Assembly (NCBI GenBank): GCA_002633005.1
Contig: NMRA01000260.1
Location: forward strand, 199,821-263,820
Length of the DNA: 64,000 nucleotides
Source of the DNA: Phoronis australis
Taxonomy: Eukaryota > Animalia > Phoronida
Direction of reading: 5' to 3'
Shown here one piece after another: positions 13,434-25,393 of the stretch. The notes beneath the pieces were generated by a model that had not been told where the DNA came from, searched no databases, and worked only from the letters and a program-made list of their open reading frames with translations. Numbering within the stretch: the first letter of the stretch is position 1; each line of letters starts with the position of its first letter. The translations under genes and the position numbers were made by a program.

Positions 13434-15527
13434 AAAATATCGCTGAGTAAATTCATACTAACCCTTGATGACAATCATGTTGAGATGGATAGGTTATGAT
13501 CTTTGAGCGTATTTATGTCTGTGCGCCTATATGCGAAATAATGCGTTTTTAACTTTTAAAAGTATATTTTGTCAATTTTTGCGCACAGGCGCATACGCCT
13601 ACGCTTCATTAGTTACAGACACATTCTTGTGTACCTTGACCATGTCTCAAAGTGGGTGTCTTTTGTCCACACGGGGCATTTTTCAATTAAATTTGATTAA
13701 TTTGAATTGGAAACACGTCAACGTTTACCAATTCTTCCATCCACATGCAATTTTAAAATCCTCCTCGTCTACTTATGCGCAAATGTTTCGCATATATATA
13801 TATATGTATATGTGTGTATGCGTATGCCCCGAAATTCTGATTTTGGCACAGCATCTCATCCAGGGACCATCAGCCAATCTGTATGCGCTATTTTTCGAGC
13901 TCGTATTACCTTCCGTAAAATGACTCTGTGGTCACGCAAATGCTGAGATGCTTACGAAATATTCTTTTTTCAACATTGATAGATCTCCCACTAACTGCAA
14001 ATACCCGGGTTGTAAATCAAACAGAACGCAGACGTCTAAAACTCAAGATAGGGACACAAGAATGTAAGCTGATATAGACAACTATGTATTATGAATTTTA
14101 CATCTTTTCAAGTGGCGACGCCTATTTATCAGTCCTTAAATGAGCTGTAATTAATACTAGATACTGGAGACAGACGGCTCGTTGTTATAACGCAACAGCC
14201 TGTCTACACGACAATCTATCCTCATTGGTACGCAGTAGTCTGTTGTACAGGTGGCGCTGTGTTAGAGGGTAATCGACAACCGGACCAAAGACTCTACAAG
14301 AATACTGCTACTCACGTGACGTGGTCATAAATATTCTTAGCGAAGAAATTATACCAATTTCACCCGGTGCCAAGGTAAATTGGCCTTCAATAAAAAAATC
14401 GTTAGGTACGGATGTTATGACGAGAAGAGATGCATTTTTGCATGCAAGCCTATTGATCTGCAAAAGCATCCTCTTGCATACCTCTTGGGAGTTAAAATGG
14501 CGACATCTTTGGGATCAGAGAATCAAGTACATGGTAATTAGAGGCAGTGCTTTTTTCCAACCACTTCCCTGGCGCGGGTACTGGTGGACAGTGAACCCGT
14601 GTGTCTGCGCTTGTTGGTTGCAGTGATAGTTTGTCATGAGGGCCCCATGAAAAGCAGTGTGAACTGATGGGGCTAGCCTCATTGTAAATATTACATTAAT
14701 AAATAAATAGTTCCATCAGTAGAACACTGAAAACTACTATAAATACTTTCTGAATTAGTACATGGCCAAAGTGAATACTCGTGTTAAAAGATGTTAGATG
14801 GTGAACTGAAAAGTGAAGAATGCCTTGTTGTCGTAAATTTACCGAAATTCAAATACAGAAATCATCTTTCCCAAGAATCTAGGATTCTTTTTTGTAGATT
14901 TCATTAAATTGATATACGGCAACAAATTCATTCCAGTGTCCTGGCTTTCAAATAAAGTTTTTTTTCTGGTCAATCAGCTTTTGTTTCTGTTTTTATTTTA
15001 ATAAGTATTTTTTGTAATGGTTTGTACTTATTTAACAAAAAATGTTTAAGCTCTAATGCGTTAAGGTAATGAAGGATTCTATAAAATGGCCACATTTGGC
15101 CAAATTCAGAACATCATATCTCAGAAACGACTGATTGGATTAATATGAAACTTTCATGTACAATGCTTTATGCACTATTCTCAAAAAAACGGTGTTAAAA
15201 TTGTTTTAATAATATTCCACTTTTGCGTGAGGAGCTACGAAAAATAGTACTTTTATGATTTTCGTGAAAGTTGATAATTGAAGACGAAATAGTATTTTAG
15301 AAGTCCAGATGACTGAAGACTAGAAGTCCGAATGTACAGAAGATAAGTCCCACAAAAGATTCGTGTAAAGTTGTTCGTTACTTCGAAATAAGACCGAAAA
15401 TCTTCAAGACCAAAGCTTCACAATACTAAAGGCCCGTAAGTTCGAATATCCATGCTACGCTGCCGACTATTTTGACTCAACCTTCAGACATACGAACCTT
15501 TGGGCTTATGTATCCTCGGTTTTGTGG

Positions 15528-15618
15528 ATCTTGGTATTAGTGCCGGGTAGGCCTACATCTTGGTATTAGTGCCGGGTAGGCCTACATCTTGGTATTAGTG
15601 CCGGGTAGGCCTACATCT
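15528..15618. repeat. 29-bp tandem repeat, 3 copies
   Basis: ATCTTGGTATTAGTGCCGGGTAGGCCTAC x3, identical. Confidence 0.95.
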
Positions 15619-15694
15619 CGGACGATATTATAGGCTTTAATTATCCCTTATTAAAGCAGAATTAAACCCATGCTTTTGTCCAAAAACAGTTCTT

Positions 15695-16790
15695 TTTTTA
15701 AGGTATTTATTATCATTTACAATCAATTACAAAAACAAACAAACAAATAAGTACACAATTCATTCACGCATGCACACCTCAGGAAAACCATTCTCGTACC
15801 TCGTTTAAAGTAAATATCTTCTACATGTAGTTAACACAAATAATAAAATTTTCCCATTTCGCAGAGAAGCTGTCATATACAAAGTTTTTATATGCTATTA
15901 ATTTTTCAGCATTATAGTACTCTTAAGTATATGTAACGAACTTGTGAAAATTAGGTATATTTTTGTGACATCTCTCCTTGTAAATGTAGTGTTTAGCTAG
16001 TAAAAGCAAAATGTTAAATAGAAAATCATGCGTCTTGTAAAGTCCAAGAATAACACTATTGTAAGACAGACAGTTGGGAAGCTGAATGCGACACTTTTGA
16101 AGTAGCTTTCCGAATTCCTTCCAGAAATCTTGTACAAAGCTACATTCATAAAAAAGGTGTGACAGCGTCTCTGGAGCTTTATTACAAAAGGAACATAAAT
16201 CAAAATCCCTAATACATATTTTGACTAAAAAGGTATTTGTTGTAATAATCCTGTGTAGTATTCTAAATTGGAACCATCTAATATGGGGATCCTTTGTAAT
16301 TTTGTAAGGTAAAGCATATATTTTCTTCCAATCTAAACTATCTCCTAGCTCTATTTCCCATTTACACTCTGACTTAGAAGGTTTCTTAACGTCATTAAAG
16401 ACTGAACAAATATGTCTACAACACTTCAGATTTTTCCGTAAGTGAATAATTGCTAAAGGCATGCAAGGAGAGTAGACATTAACATTTTTAAATTTACTTT
16501 GAAATAGACTTTTTTTTGAAACCTTCTTAGAACAGAAACAACACCGTTATATTCTATAAAGTTGGTTTTCACATCGAACCTATTTTTCATATTGTTTAAA
16601 CTAACAAAATCACCATCAGAGGTATACATATCTCTAATAAATTTTAAGCCTTTTACAAACCAAGGCTTATGAAAAACGCCTGTACCTCCGATCGCAAAGT
16701 TACTATTAAACCACAAAGGTTGATTCAAAAAGTCCTCTTTACTCGCAACAATTATTTTCTTGTAGAAAGATGTCATACTTCCAAATACGT
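15695..16790 (-). mobile_element. 5'-truncated L1/Tx1-clade non-LTR retrotransposon (ORF2 C-terminus with zf-RVT domain)
   Basis: The frameshifted ORFs 16453-16776 and 15923-16462 encode QPLWFNSNF...WFQFRILHRIITTN...CSFCNKAPETLSHLFYEC...FW. The 3' end has AATAAA plus a short poly(A). An 8-bp direct repeat CAGTTCTT (15687-15694 and 16791-16798) is the TSD. Confidence 0.9.
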
Positions 16791-17367
16791 CAGTTCTTGA
16801 TTTTGGCGAGTTATGAACTCTGGGCTTAGGAACAACTGGTACTTCGTGTGTTGCATGTCCAGCAGAATTAATGAAGCAGGCCGGGACGGTTGATGATTAC
16901 TTTCTAGATGATTATTTCAGACCATTTGAACTTTAACCCTGGAATGCCAACTCTGATCTCGCGTCCGCTGTGGTTGCGTCGCGTAAGCGTGAGAATTGTT
17001 TGCATTCGTTTGTTCATGTGTGTGTACTAGCTATGGAATTTAAGCCTACTGTCATTAGAACTTTTCGCAACTCCGCTGTTTTTCAACCGAATTGCATATA
17101 AATAATTTACTATAAAGAAAAACGTTCAGTGTCGACCTCTGCAAAATACCAAAGGTCCACCGTTCCAGAAATTCGAACCACCCCCTGCACAATGCTGGCT
17201 ACGGATCGACGATAATGGTGTGGCAACCACGCACCTTCAATGCCGATATGTAAAGCCTCCTCTAATCGTCTGCACGGCCCAATGATTACGTGAAGCGCTT
17301 TAATTCAAAATTACTACTAACTTAGTCATCATTGTAGTTAGTATAATACCAGTAGCTGAAACAATTT

Positions 17368-17374
17368 TGTTGTT

Positions 17375-17442
<68 letters not shown>
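17368..17442. repeat. (GTT)n microsatellite
   Basis: About 24 GTT units, seen directly. Confidence 0.97.
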
Positions 17443-17901
17443 CCATCTATATTCTATCTTTAACGGATAGGCTGGGGATGGACCTTCTCCACAGGGCGTT
17501 CGATCAACTCCACCCCACCCCCTCTCCCGGCTACAGGCCTGGATTTGTCTAGACGAATTGTTGTAACCAATTTCACTACAGACATATGGCAAGAAAACAA
17601 GAATACCTATTCGGATGCGTAAATTTGTCTGGAAATTAGAAACCTGTTTTTGACTGGAGAACATGGTTTAAAGTCGCTTCTCAATCCATAGTATATAATC
17701 CTCGAATTCAGGTTAGAGTTCAGTAGCTGTCTCGCGGCTACAACGATCTATCGGAAATCACGTGCTCTTGTTTAAAATACACGGCAATATCTCACATAAT
17801 CTCGAGCAGTTTTGCTTCTCCAACGAGGTCCTGAATTGCGCGGAGAAGTTTGTCAGGTAGTGTACTCCCGAGTCGACGGGTGGTGGTAGACAATAGACCC
17901 G

Positions 17902-18119
17902 GGGCCCGTTCCAAGAAGCTGACTTAAGTTCATTTTGACTTAGTTTAAGATTTGTCTCAACTTCCAAGCCTTTAAAACTTCCATATTTGGTAACTTAGAC
18001 AAAAAATTAAGTCAAACTTAAGATCACTTTCAAGGAACGGACTTAAGAAAATTGAAATTTCATTTTGAATTTGACTTTTAAAGTTGTCTTTGCTAAGTCA
18101 TTTTTCTTGGAACAGACCC
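17902..18119. mobile_element. PIF/Harbinger-like MITE
   Basis: TIRs GGGCCCGTTCCAAGAA...GACTTA and TAAGTC...TTCTTGGAACAGACCC. Related ends occur at about 26080 and 37364. Confidence 0.65.
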
Positions 18120-19589
18120 CTGCGTTGATAGCGTGTAGGTCAACTGCAGTAGGCCATGCTTTTCCTTGTCCGTCACCATGACCACGGCATGACTACAACC
18201 TTTACCTGGCTATATTTTCCAGGTGCTCGCAGGCACCTCAATACCATAACTTTTGTGACCTATGATCCAATGCGTCAACGAGTTAGGGCCTGTTCAGTGT
18301 TCTTCGTCGTTGGAGTTGATCTTACATACAGCAAACGGATTCACCTAAAAAGGTTCTCACCACACTGTCATTCATGTTCGTAATGGGCGTATTCCGAGTT
18401 GTTTTAGCGAGTCGGCATCGTAGCAAAATAAAGAAGCAAATACGTAGGCCTACTACCGATTACTAAAACATACAATCAACATTATAGAGAACAAACAGCT
18501 CTCCACTTGTGCTTTATCTACCTAGGTACCAAGAATTCAATGTATATGTTTATTTCGTGCAGCATGTTGATACCCCCTTCGCCTCGGCCTCCCTTCGTGT
18601 GGATCTGATCCGTTTTGGATAACCTTCGTGAAGGTGGAATATAGATGCACAAAAACAAAGTGTTCTGCTCTAGTGACGTGTGAGAAGTGGTTATGGTGAT
18701 CAAACCTTTTGTCCGCGCATTTATCACCTGGATTGTGGCTCAAGTTACATTCATAAAGTTGTAAAAGCATGTCTGTTGTATTCAGCTCATTTAAATACAT
18801 TGATTGGCCTCGCACTTGACTGACCAATCAAGAACCCGAAGTCAGAGATCTCATTCCGGTCATACCTCTGAGAGAACATCTTCACGCTCAAAATTATTTC
18901 GAGCTCAAGGTCTATATGGTAATTTATGTACATACTGAACAGCCCATACGACCACAAGCTGCATGATATTAGTTCGCTATCTGTATGAGGGTCTGTGTGT
19001 AGCAGACTATAAAAAGGTATTGCATTTTGATGGAAATGGTGTTAGTTTATTTACATTTCTCATTAAAAATTAACAAGTGTCATTTTGAAACAAATCGATT
19101 AAAAACAAATCCAATTTATTTAACAATACAGATTTCATGGCGCAGTTGTCGTTCTTTGTAGATTACTGCACGATGTAAGGTGGCTCAAAACAATAATTAT
19201 CATAAGTATCACATATACTCGATTTTTCCATTTTTATTGTTGAAAATATGACAAAATACATTGTGCAAAATCTCGAGTTAGTTGCGTCGAGCTAGGAGTA
19301 ACATTATAATCCTAGGTTCAAGAAAAAGTCTGCTAGTTGTGTTTTCACTGTCCGATCGTAGACACAGACAACATTATAGTCTATGACTAGGCTTATGGCG
19401 TATATTATTTTAAAACACCTTTAAGGTTTTCCACTGAACAGTTTTCAGACACTGACGGCTGTTGTTTTAACGTTAGTGCAACCAGGAAGACGTTGCCAGT
19501 AATGATCAAATGGCTAAATAACGATATAAAATAGTAAAACTAGTAAAACTAAAACGATGAGCCTCGGTACTAAAATATATTAAAATATT

Positions 19590-19627
19590 CCCACGTTTCG
19601 AGCTATGCGCTCTTTGTCAAGGGTGTG
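19590..19627 (-). ncRNA. Minimal hammerhead-ribozyme-like motif (U3-A8 variant), probably degenerate
   Basis: The minus strand reads CACACCC-TTGACAA-A-GAGC-GCATA-GCTC-GAAA-CGT-GGG: core UUGANAA, 4-bp stem II, GAAA and a palindromic ACGT stem III. It lies in the Penelope pLTR. The cleavage-site base is G rather than H. Confidence 0.6.
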
Positions 19628-20443
19628 CTACAAACTGCCGAGTGTAGGCCTACATGTAGATGGATGTAAAATAAAATAGCACAGGAGACCACATGGTGAC
19701 ATAAAATAGACAACGTGACCAATATGAACAATATCGGACATAGCAACTATACCAGGGAAGGCCTACGCGTGTCGAGAGGGAGACCCAAACAGAGGTATAC
19801 GCAGCTCCTATACTAGAGTTTATTCACTACAGACTTGTAGTTTGATAGAAACCCTATGTCTCTGTTTAGGCCTCTGGCGTGAGTGTTGAATTTGGCGATG
19901 AACTCGGCCTTGCACTTTCTCCGTGAGTAAATGTCCGGCAGCCCGCCTTTGACTACCGTTACATTGAGGTCACTGGTAGTATGGCCTGGGAGATTGAAAT
20001 ATTCCCCACTCGCTGGTTCCCTGCGTGCCGCTAGGTGGTCGGCACGTTGGGAGCCAGCGAGTATTCCCCAGGGGACCGATCTGTTGTTGTGCAGGATCGT
20101 CTGCCTATGGCAGTTCACTGACTCTCGTGGGTAACGGTTTACATGTCTCCCCGAAATACCAAGCATGAAGACATTTACCACATCTAATAAGATACACAAT
20201 GCCCGCACTCGATCACGAGAATTTGTTCCTGATCTCATGTGAGACACCACCGCGACTAATGATCGGCTCCCCAGCTGATATGTGAGTGTAAGTCAGGCAC
20301 CTGGGTTTGTTACATCTCACAGAGCCAACCTCTTGGTGATCTATGTTAATGAACCTGCTTCTAACTAGCATATTCCTGAGATTGGGAGGCTGTCATAGAC
20401 CGGCTACATCCATTTACATGTACATGTACTCAACAGGCTGTAG

Positions 20444-20484
20444 CACACCCTTTACAAAGAGCGCATCGCTCGAAACGTGGGGTA
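20444..20484 (+). ncRNA. Second, mutated copy of the hammerhead-like motif
   Basis: CACACCC-TTTACAA-A-GAGC-GCATC-GCTC-GAAA-CGT-G-GGGT. The core G5 is mutated to T. Confidence 0.5.
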
Positions 20485-21725
20485 TATTTTAATATATTTT
20501 AGAACCGACGGTCGTCGTTTTAGTTTTACTACTTTATATTTTTAACCGTCGGTAACTGCACGGCATTCCAGCATCTATTTGAGCTAAATAACGATTTGGG
20601 GTATTTTTCAGTACAGCATCGTGACTCCGACTAAAAACAAAAGTGTTGATGCCATCAGAAAGAAACGTCAGTTTGCACAGAATGTGATCATTTTTTTATG
20701 TTTTATAACAAGCAATAATGGCGTACTTACGAACACTATGGGAAATTTCTGCTGCAGTTCAGGGGCACACCACTAGATGGTGCTACAGTCCAAAAATCTC
20801 ACGAACACTAGCTTGTACCTGGCGAAGATCAAATGGTGCCGGCGCAATCTCATAATATATTTCTGTGTCAAGTTTCAATGAAATCTGTCGATCACTTCTT
20901 TAGATATATCCAGGCCCGTCGGAAGGTAAAAATTATTGGGGGGCACAAACCAATTCGCCGACTTCTCCAACGTACCTCCTTCCTATCGCCCCCCCCCTCC
21001 CCTCGTTATCTGGAAGTCACGATGTTTGTACCGACCCCCAACGTCCGCCATAGGTGCAGCCATCAGGATTTGAGTAACCGTGAACCAACAAAGTTTCAAG
21101 GAGAGCAAGAATGGGTCTAGGGCCACCGTGCTCAGCTATGATTCACTTGAGACAGGTGGTTTAACTCGCTGCGCTGGCTCTAAGGTCAAGATTCGTTTTA
21201 TTATGATCAGATTTTGGGAAAACTTCATTTTATCATGGCCATTCCTTGAAGGAATTTTTTAGAAAGTTGAGGTCCCGAGGTCCCTGAGTGCCCTTGTGGC
21301 CGTTTCAAAATCCCTTGATGAAACACAGCCGGTGGTCCAATTTCTTGTGACAGGGGAAAATGATACAGAGTGTGTCCCAAAAAAGTACACACTTCAACGC
21401 CTGGAGTTTAAATTCAGCTCCCGTGGATCACTGAGATTCTGCGCATTGCGACTGCATAGTTACTCCTTATTTTTATCGTGGTGCGTCACTCAAGGCGTGC
21501 TCCGAATGTATAGTATGCACAGGAAAAAGCAAATGATTCAGTTTTGAAGAAAATTCATTGCGCAATAGTATTTGAAACTAAAAACATGAAGGAAGTGCAA
21601 AGAGAACCTTTCCAAGTTGATGAGCAGCAAGTTTAAGTTATTTATTTAAGTACTTTAACTTCTTCGATGAACTGTTTGTGGAATTAAACCCACTAATCCA
21701 TCTATTTCCCTAAGTCAATAAACAG

Positions 21726-22340
21726 TTTATTGTCATTTGAAATGTGAGAAAATTTTGAGACACTTTGTAGAGCTGTCCGACATTCATTAATATCTTTGAG
21801 ACGTCTTTCAGATAGACAAATCAAATCGTTTAGTGTACTTTTATATTTGGGGATCTGATGATAGATCGAATTTTCCAAATGTCTGCTTGCAACTAAGTTC
21901 GTTGAAGCATTGTCATTTCTTACAAGATTAGCTTCTAATTGTAAAAAAATCATCAGCCAATCAGCTCATTTTCGTAATTCAGAAACCAACAATCGAATCC
22001 ATGAACAATACGTTTACCTTGATTTAATGACTGAATTCCTTTTTGATCCTCTGTTAGTGAGTTTAAACGACAAATCTTGTACCGAAGTCAAAAAAGCAAT
22101 GAATTTATTGTCATTTGAATTGTGAGGAATTTTTTGTGAATTGTAGAAATTTCATCTAGGCAAGCAGCGTCCAAGTGCACTTAACTATTTGGGTATCTGA
22201 TTATAGAGTTTTTTTCCATATTCAGGCTTCAACTAAATTCACTGAAACAACATCATTTCTTAAAATATTAGGTCGATCCTAATTGTCAAAAATCATCTAT
22301 TAACCTGTCGATACACAAACATGTAAATCAGAAACTAACG
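21726..22340. repeat. Diverged tandem duplication, period about 380 bp
   Basis: TTTATTGTCATTTGAA...TGTGAG...TATTTGGG.ATCTGAT...TCATTTCTTA...AAAAATCATC...TCAGAAAC occurs from about 21726 and again from about 22105. Confidence 0.65.
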
Positions 22341-24641
22341 TATTTGTTTATCAAAACGGAATATTATAAGCAATTTCCGTAGGCATGGTCGCAGATTTTT
22401 GACGGGTAACCCCGCGGGGAACTTGGGAGCTGGGGCATTCATATTAAGGAGTATTTTTGCTCATTTCCGAGGTAATTATAACGGTTCACGAGTTTAACTT
22501 GAAATCCAGAAAATCCGCTCAATTAGTGAGCTTTACGTTCTTCAAAATTCCAACTTTTTGATGGTGGCCAATCCTATTGTATTTTTTACATTTTTGGTTG
22601 TTTGGGTCGAATGTTTTGATATTATTGTGCTGTGCACGGTTGTTTTGGGTGAATTTGGAATCCCAACTTTCCCTCGTGAATACTTAGCAGTGTCGAATTT
22701 ACATGTATAGAGGATACCCGAACCGCCCCACTAAGAGGGGGTGCCGTCTGAAATGGGACACCTAAGATGAAAGGCTACACATCATTAAGCACGGAAAAGA
22801 GTGGCAGTTCATTTCATTGTCGGGTGAGCTAGCAAGAAGTGACTTTCCTCAGCATGAAAGCCAGTTGTACGATTTCACAAAAAACAGGAAAATATAAATG
22901 ATTCCAACACTGGGCCCTCTCTTCGTGAGCGGCCCCTTAAGAATTTGCCAATCAAAATACGAAAAGGGTGGCCACTTGAATGTTATCGATGGTCCTCTTC
23001 AAGAGCTGGGCCCCTACATATGAAAAGATCTGTATATTCAAAAGTCAGGAAATGCGAAGAAATTGTTGTTATCTGCCAGGTCATCAATTTTCTCAAATGA
23101 TACACGATTTAGAGAAAGAAAAGCACGAAAAAACAGAGCGACAGTTGTCTTTGATATCCTTTGCTAGAGGAAGGCCTCTGGAAAATACAATTTTGCATTA
23201 ATGAATTGGCAAAACTGTCTTATTGAATTTGAAAATTCAGTGATTTAATATGCTCCGCTTTCCGAATTTTCTCTATTTTTCGAAATACATGTATGAATGA
23301 TTAAGTGCACGGTTTCAAGTGCGTTTAGAGGACTATCTGATGAATTGACAGCACTAGAAATGTCCTTCTGAGACGCAATCGACAACGCGGTGGGGAGCAT
23401 CCATGAGGGGGGAATAACGTGCGTGAGTGAAGAATTTTATGCTCGCCTGAGTGGCACCCGGGCACGGTAAATGAAATCTATATGCTTTGCTTTTTCAGTA
23501 TATGCAATTAGGCAGATAAAGTAATGGTGTGCAGGCCAGGAATATGTGTGGGAGCTGGGCTGCTCTGTTTGCGGACAAACAGTGCCAACCGACATACATG
23601 TAGACCTAGGGCCGGGGATAGTCGAGAAAAGAAAGACTACGAATACGGAAGAAAATTCAAGAGAACCTTTGACAACTCAGTATCAGTGCATGGTTTACCC
23701 TTTGAGGGCCTTGGCCAAGACGTTGTTAGGGTCTCCGTTTTTGCTGCATACATGTAGGTCGTCTAAATCGCACAGAGACCAGCTCCCGAAGAACAAATCG
23801 GCTCCCGCACTTTGTTTCCTGGCGTGCAAAACCCCTAAATTAGGGCCCTTCTGTACCCTTGCACGCCGTTCCCTTCTTTTGCGCCACCTAGATTAATTTG
23901 ATATAAAAAGCCCGTCCCCAAGAGCTAGTGCCGGTTCTATTTGCCCCTAACCACACCACCCCCGATTGTTCGATCGCCGCCCCCTAGTCAGTGGCATAGC
24001 GAGGACTTTCGACGCTAATGATTAAAACAGGAAATCAAAGTCCTCCATTAATTCATCACTGTTGGTAAACACCATTGTAATTACGGCGTTGACAATGAGT
24101 TAAATTCTGTATATATCCCGTTGGTTTCATAATTTACACAGCACTGCTGGAGTTTGCAAAAGATGGCATTCATGACAGATGGAGGGAGGGGTAGTCACTC
24201 GTGGTGATAACTCATCAGCGTGCTTTACTAGTATACCTCCATGACAGAACAAGTAGTTATAGGGCGAGACTGCACTGTTTACTATCACTGTATCAGACTC
24301 CATTAACGTACACACTTGATATTAAAACATTTTCCGATTCCAAAAATCAACCCTGTCGGAAAGTGTCGCACTGAATAAAAAGCTACCAATCACTACAAGT
24401 AACACGTGACTAGATGATTTAGAAAATAGTAGTTTCAAGTATGTACGTAAACAGAGTCCAATTGTAAACAAGACAAGTTTTCTGAAATATTCGCAGTGGT
24501 CTAATGAAAAATCGAGCATTTCCAACAGTGATGAATCAATGTATTGCCACTTACGCGTAGCTATTCTACATGAAGGAAAGTATACATATTAAACAAAACA
24601 CGAGCACTAGCAAGTGAACAGCCCTTCTGAAATATCTGAGT

Positions 24642-24657
24642 GGCCCTTAAAAGGGCC
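24642..24657 (-). promoter_or_regulatory. Histone mRNA 3' stem-loop
   Basis: The minus strand reads AAC-GGCCCT-TTTA-AGGGCC-ACTCA, 30 nt after the H2A.X stop. A purine-rich CAGAAGGG follows (candidate U7/HDE site, about 24622-24629). Confidence 0.92.
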
Positions 24658-24686
24658 GTTGTTATAGAGACGAACGTTGTTTTGGT

Positions 24687-25085
24687 CTAATATTCCTGGC
24701 TTTGGCTACTCTTTCCCTTGGCTGACGAGCTCTTCTTGGGCAGCAGAACAGCTTGAATGTTAGGCAGAACACCACCCTGGGCGATAGTAACACCAGACAG
24801 CAATTTGTTCAACTCTTCGTCGTTGCGTACAGCAAGTTGAAGATGACGAGGGATGATCCTGCTTTTCTTGTTGTCACGTGCAGCGTTTCCCGCCAATTCC
24901 AAGATTTCAGCGGCCAGGTACTCCATCACTGCAGCTAGGTAAACGGGAGCTCCGGAACCTATGCGCTCAGAATAGTTGCCCTTACGGAGGAGTCGATGAA
25001 TTCTACCAACTGGAAACTGAAGTCCCGCGCGTGACGAACGCGTCTTCGCCTTAGCCTTTACTTTTCCCTTACCACGACCAGACAT
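24687..25085 (-). CDS. H2AX: Histone H2A.X (132 aa, intronless)
   Basis: Canonical H2A core (SGRGK...[22 protein letters not shown]...QAVLLPKK) with an extended tail ending SQSQEY, the PIKK-phosphorylated SQEY motif. Confidence 0.97.
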   Translation of the reverse strand: MSGRGKGKVKAKAKTRSSRAGLQFPVGRIHRLLRKGNYSERIGSGAPVYLAAVMEYLAAEILELAGNAARDNKKSRIIPRHLQLAVRNDEELNKLLSGVTIAQGGVLPNIQAVLLPKKSSSAKGKSSQSQEY

Positions 25086-25393
25086 CTTGAAATAACTCCC
25101 TCAAACAACAGCACGTAAGCTTCTTGCTGTAAATTTCCGCCTGAACGTATTTTATACGTCCCGCGCTCACGTGGTAGGATCCCAGGTTTTGCTATTAGTC
25201 AGCCAATAAGCGACCGAATTCTAAAACTATCATCCAATGGGATTCATATATTTTTTGCTTTCTTTCACGTCCGTGTTTTTGTGTTCTCGAAAGGTCACGA
25301 TAAAGTGACAAGTGTACGAGATTCAACATGGCGATTCCCATTTAGCTTCACACTGTGGATTACGAAATCGTTTACTTTATTGAGAAAATAACC
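25086..25393. promoter_or_regulatory. Compact bidirectional promoter H2A.X / DPAGT1
   Basis: 308 bp between divergent ATGs. TATAAAA on the minus strand at 25150-25156, CACGTG at 25168-25173, CCAAT at 25203 and 25234, and YY1-like AACATGGCG at 25325-25333. Confidence 0.75.

Larger units (their letters stand above)
19526..20582 (-). mobile_element. Penelope-like retroelement remnant (GIY-YIG endonuclease C-terminus) with inverted pseudo-LTRs
   Basis: The C-terminal part of ORF 19813-20250 reads HL...EYFNLPGHTTSDLNVTVV...RRKCKAEFIAKFNTHARGLNRD, typical of Penelope GIY-YIG. About 140 bp at 19526-19668 is the reverse complement of 20405-20540. A 13-bp direct repeat GCTAAATAACGAT lies at 19513-19525 and 20583-20595. 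Confidence 0.85.

Noticed and set aside
17338-17664. Poly-Thr / poly-Leu ORFs
   Set aside because: They are translations of the (GTT)n microsatellite.
23328-23370. CTGATGA...GAAA as another hammerhead ribozyme
   Set aside because: No convincing stem II or stem III can be formed.
25160-25250. ER-stress element (CCAAT-N9-CCACG) in the DPAGT1 promoter
   Set aside because: CCAAT and CCACG are both present but not at the required spacing or orientation.
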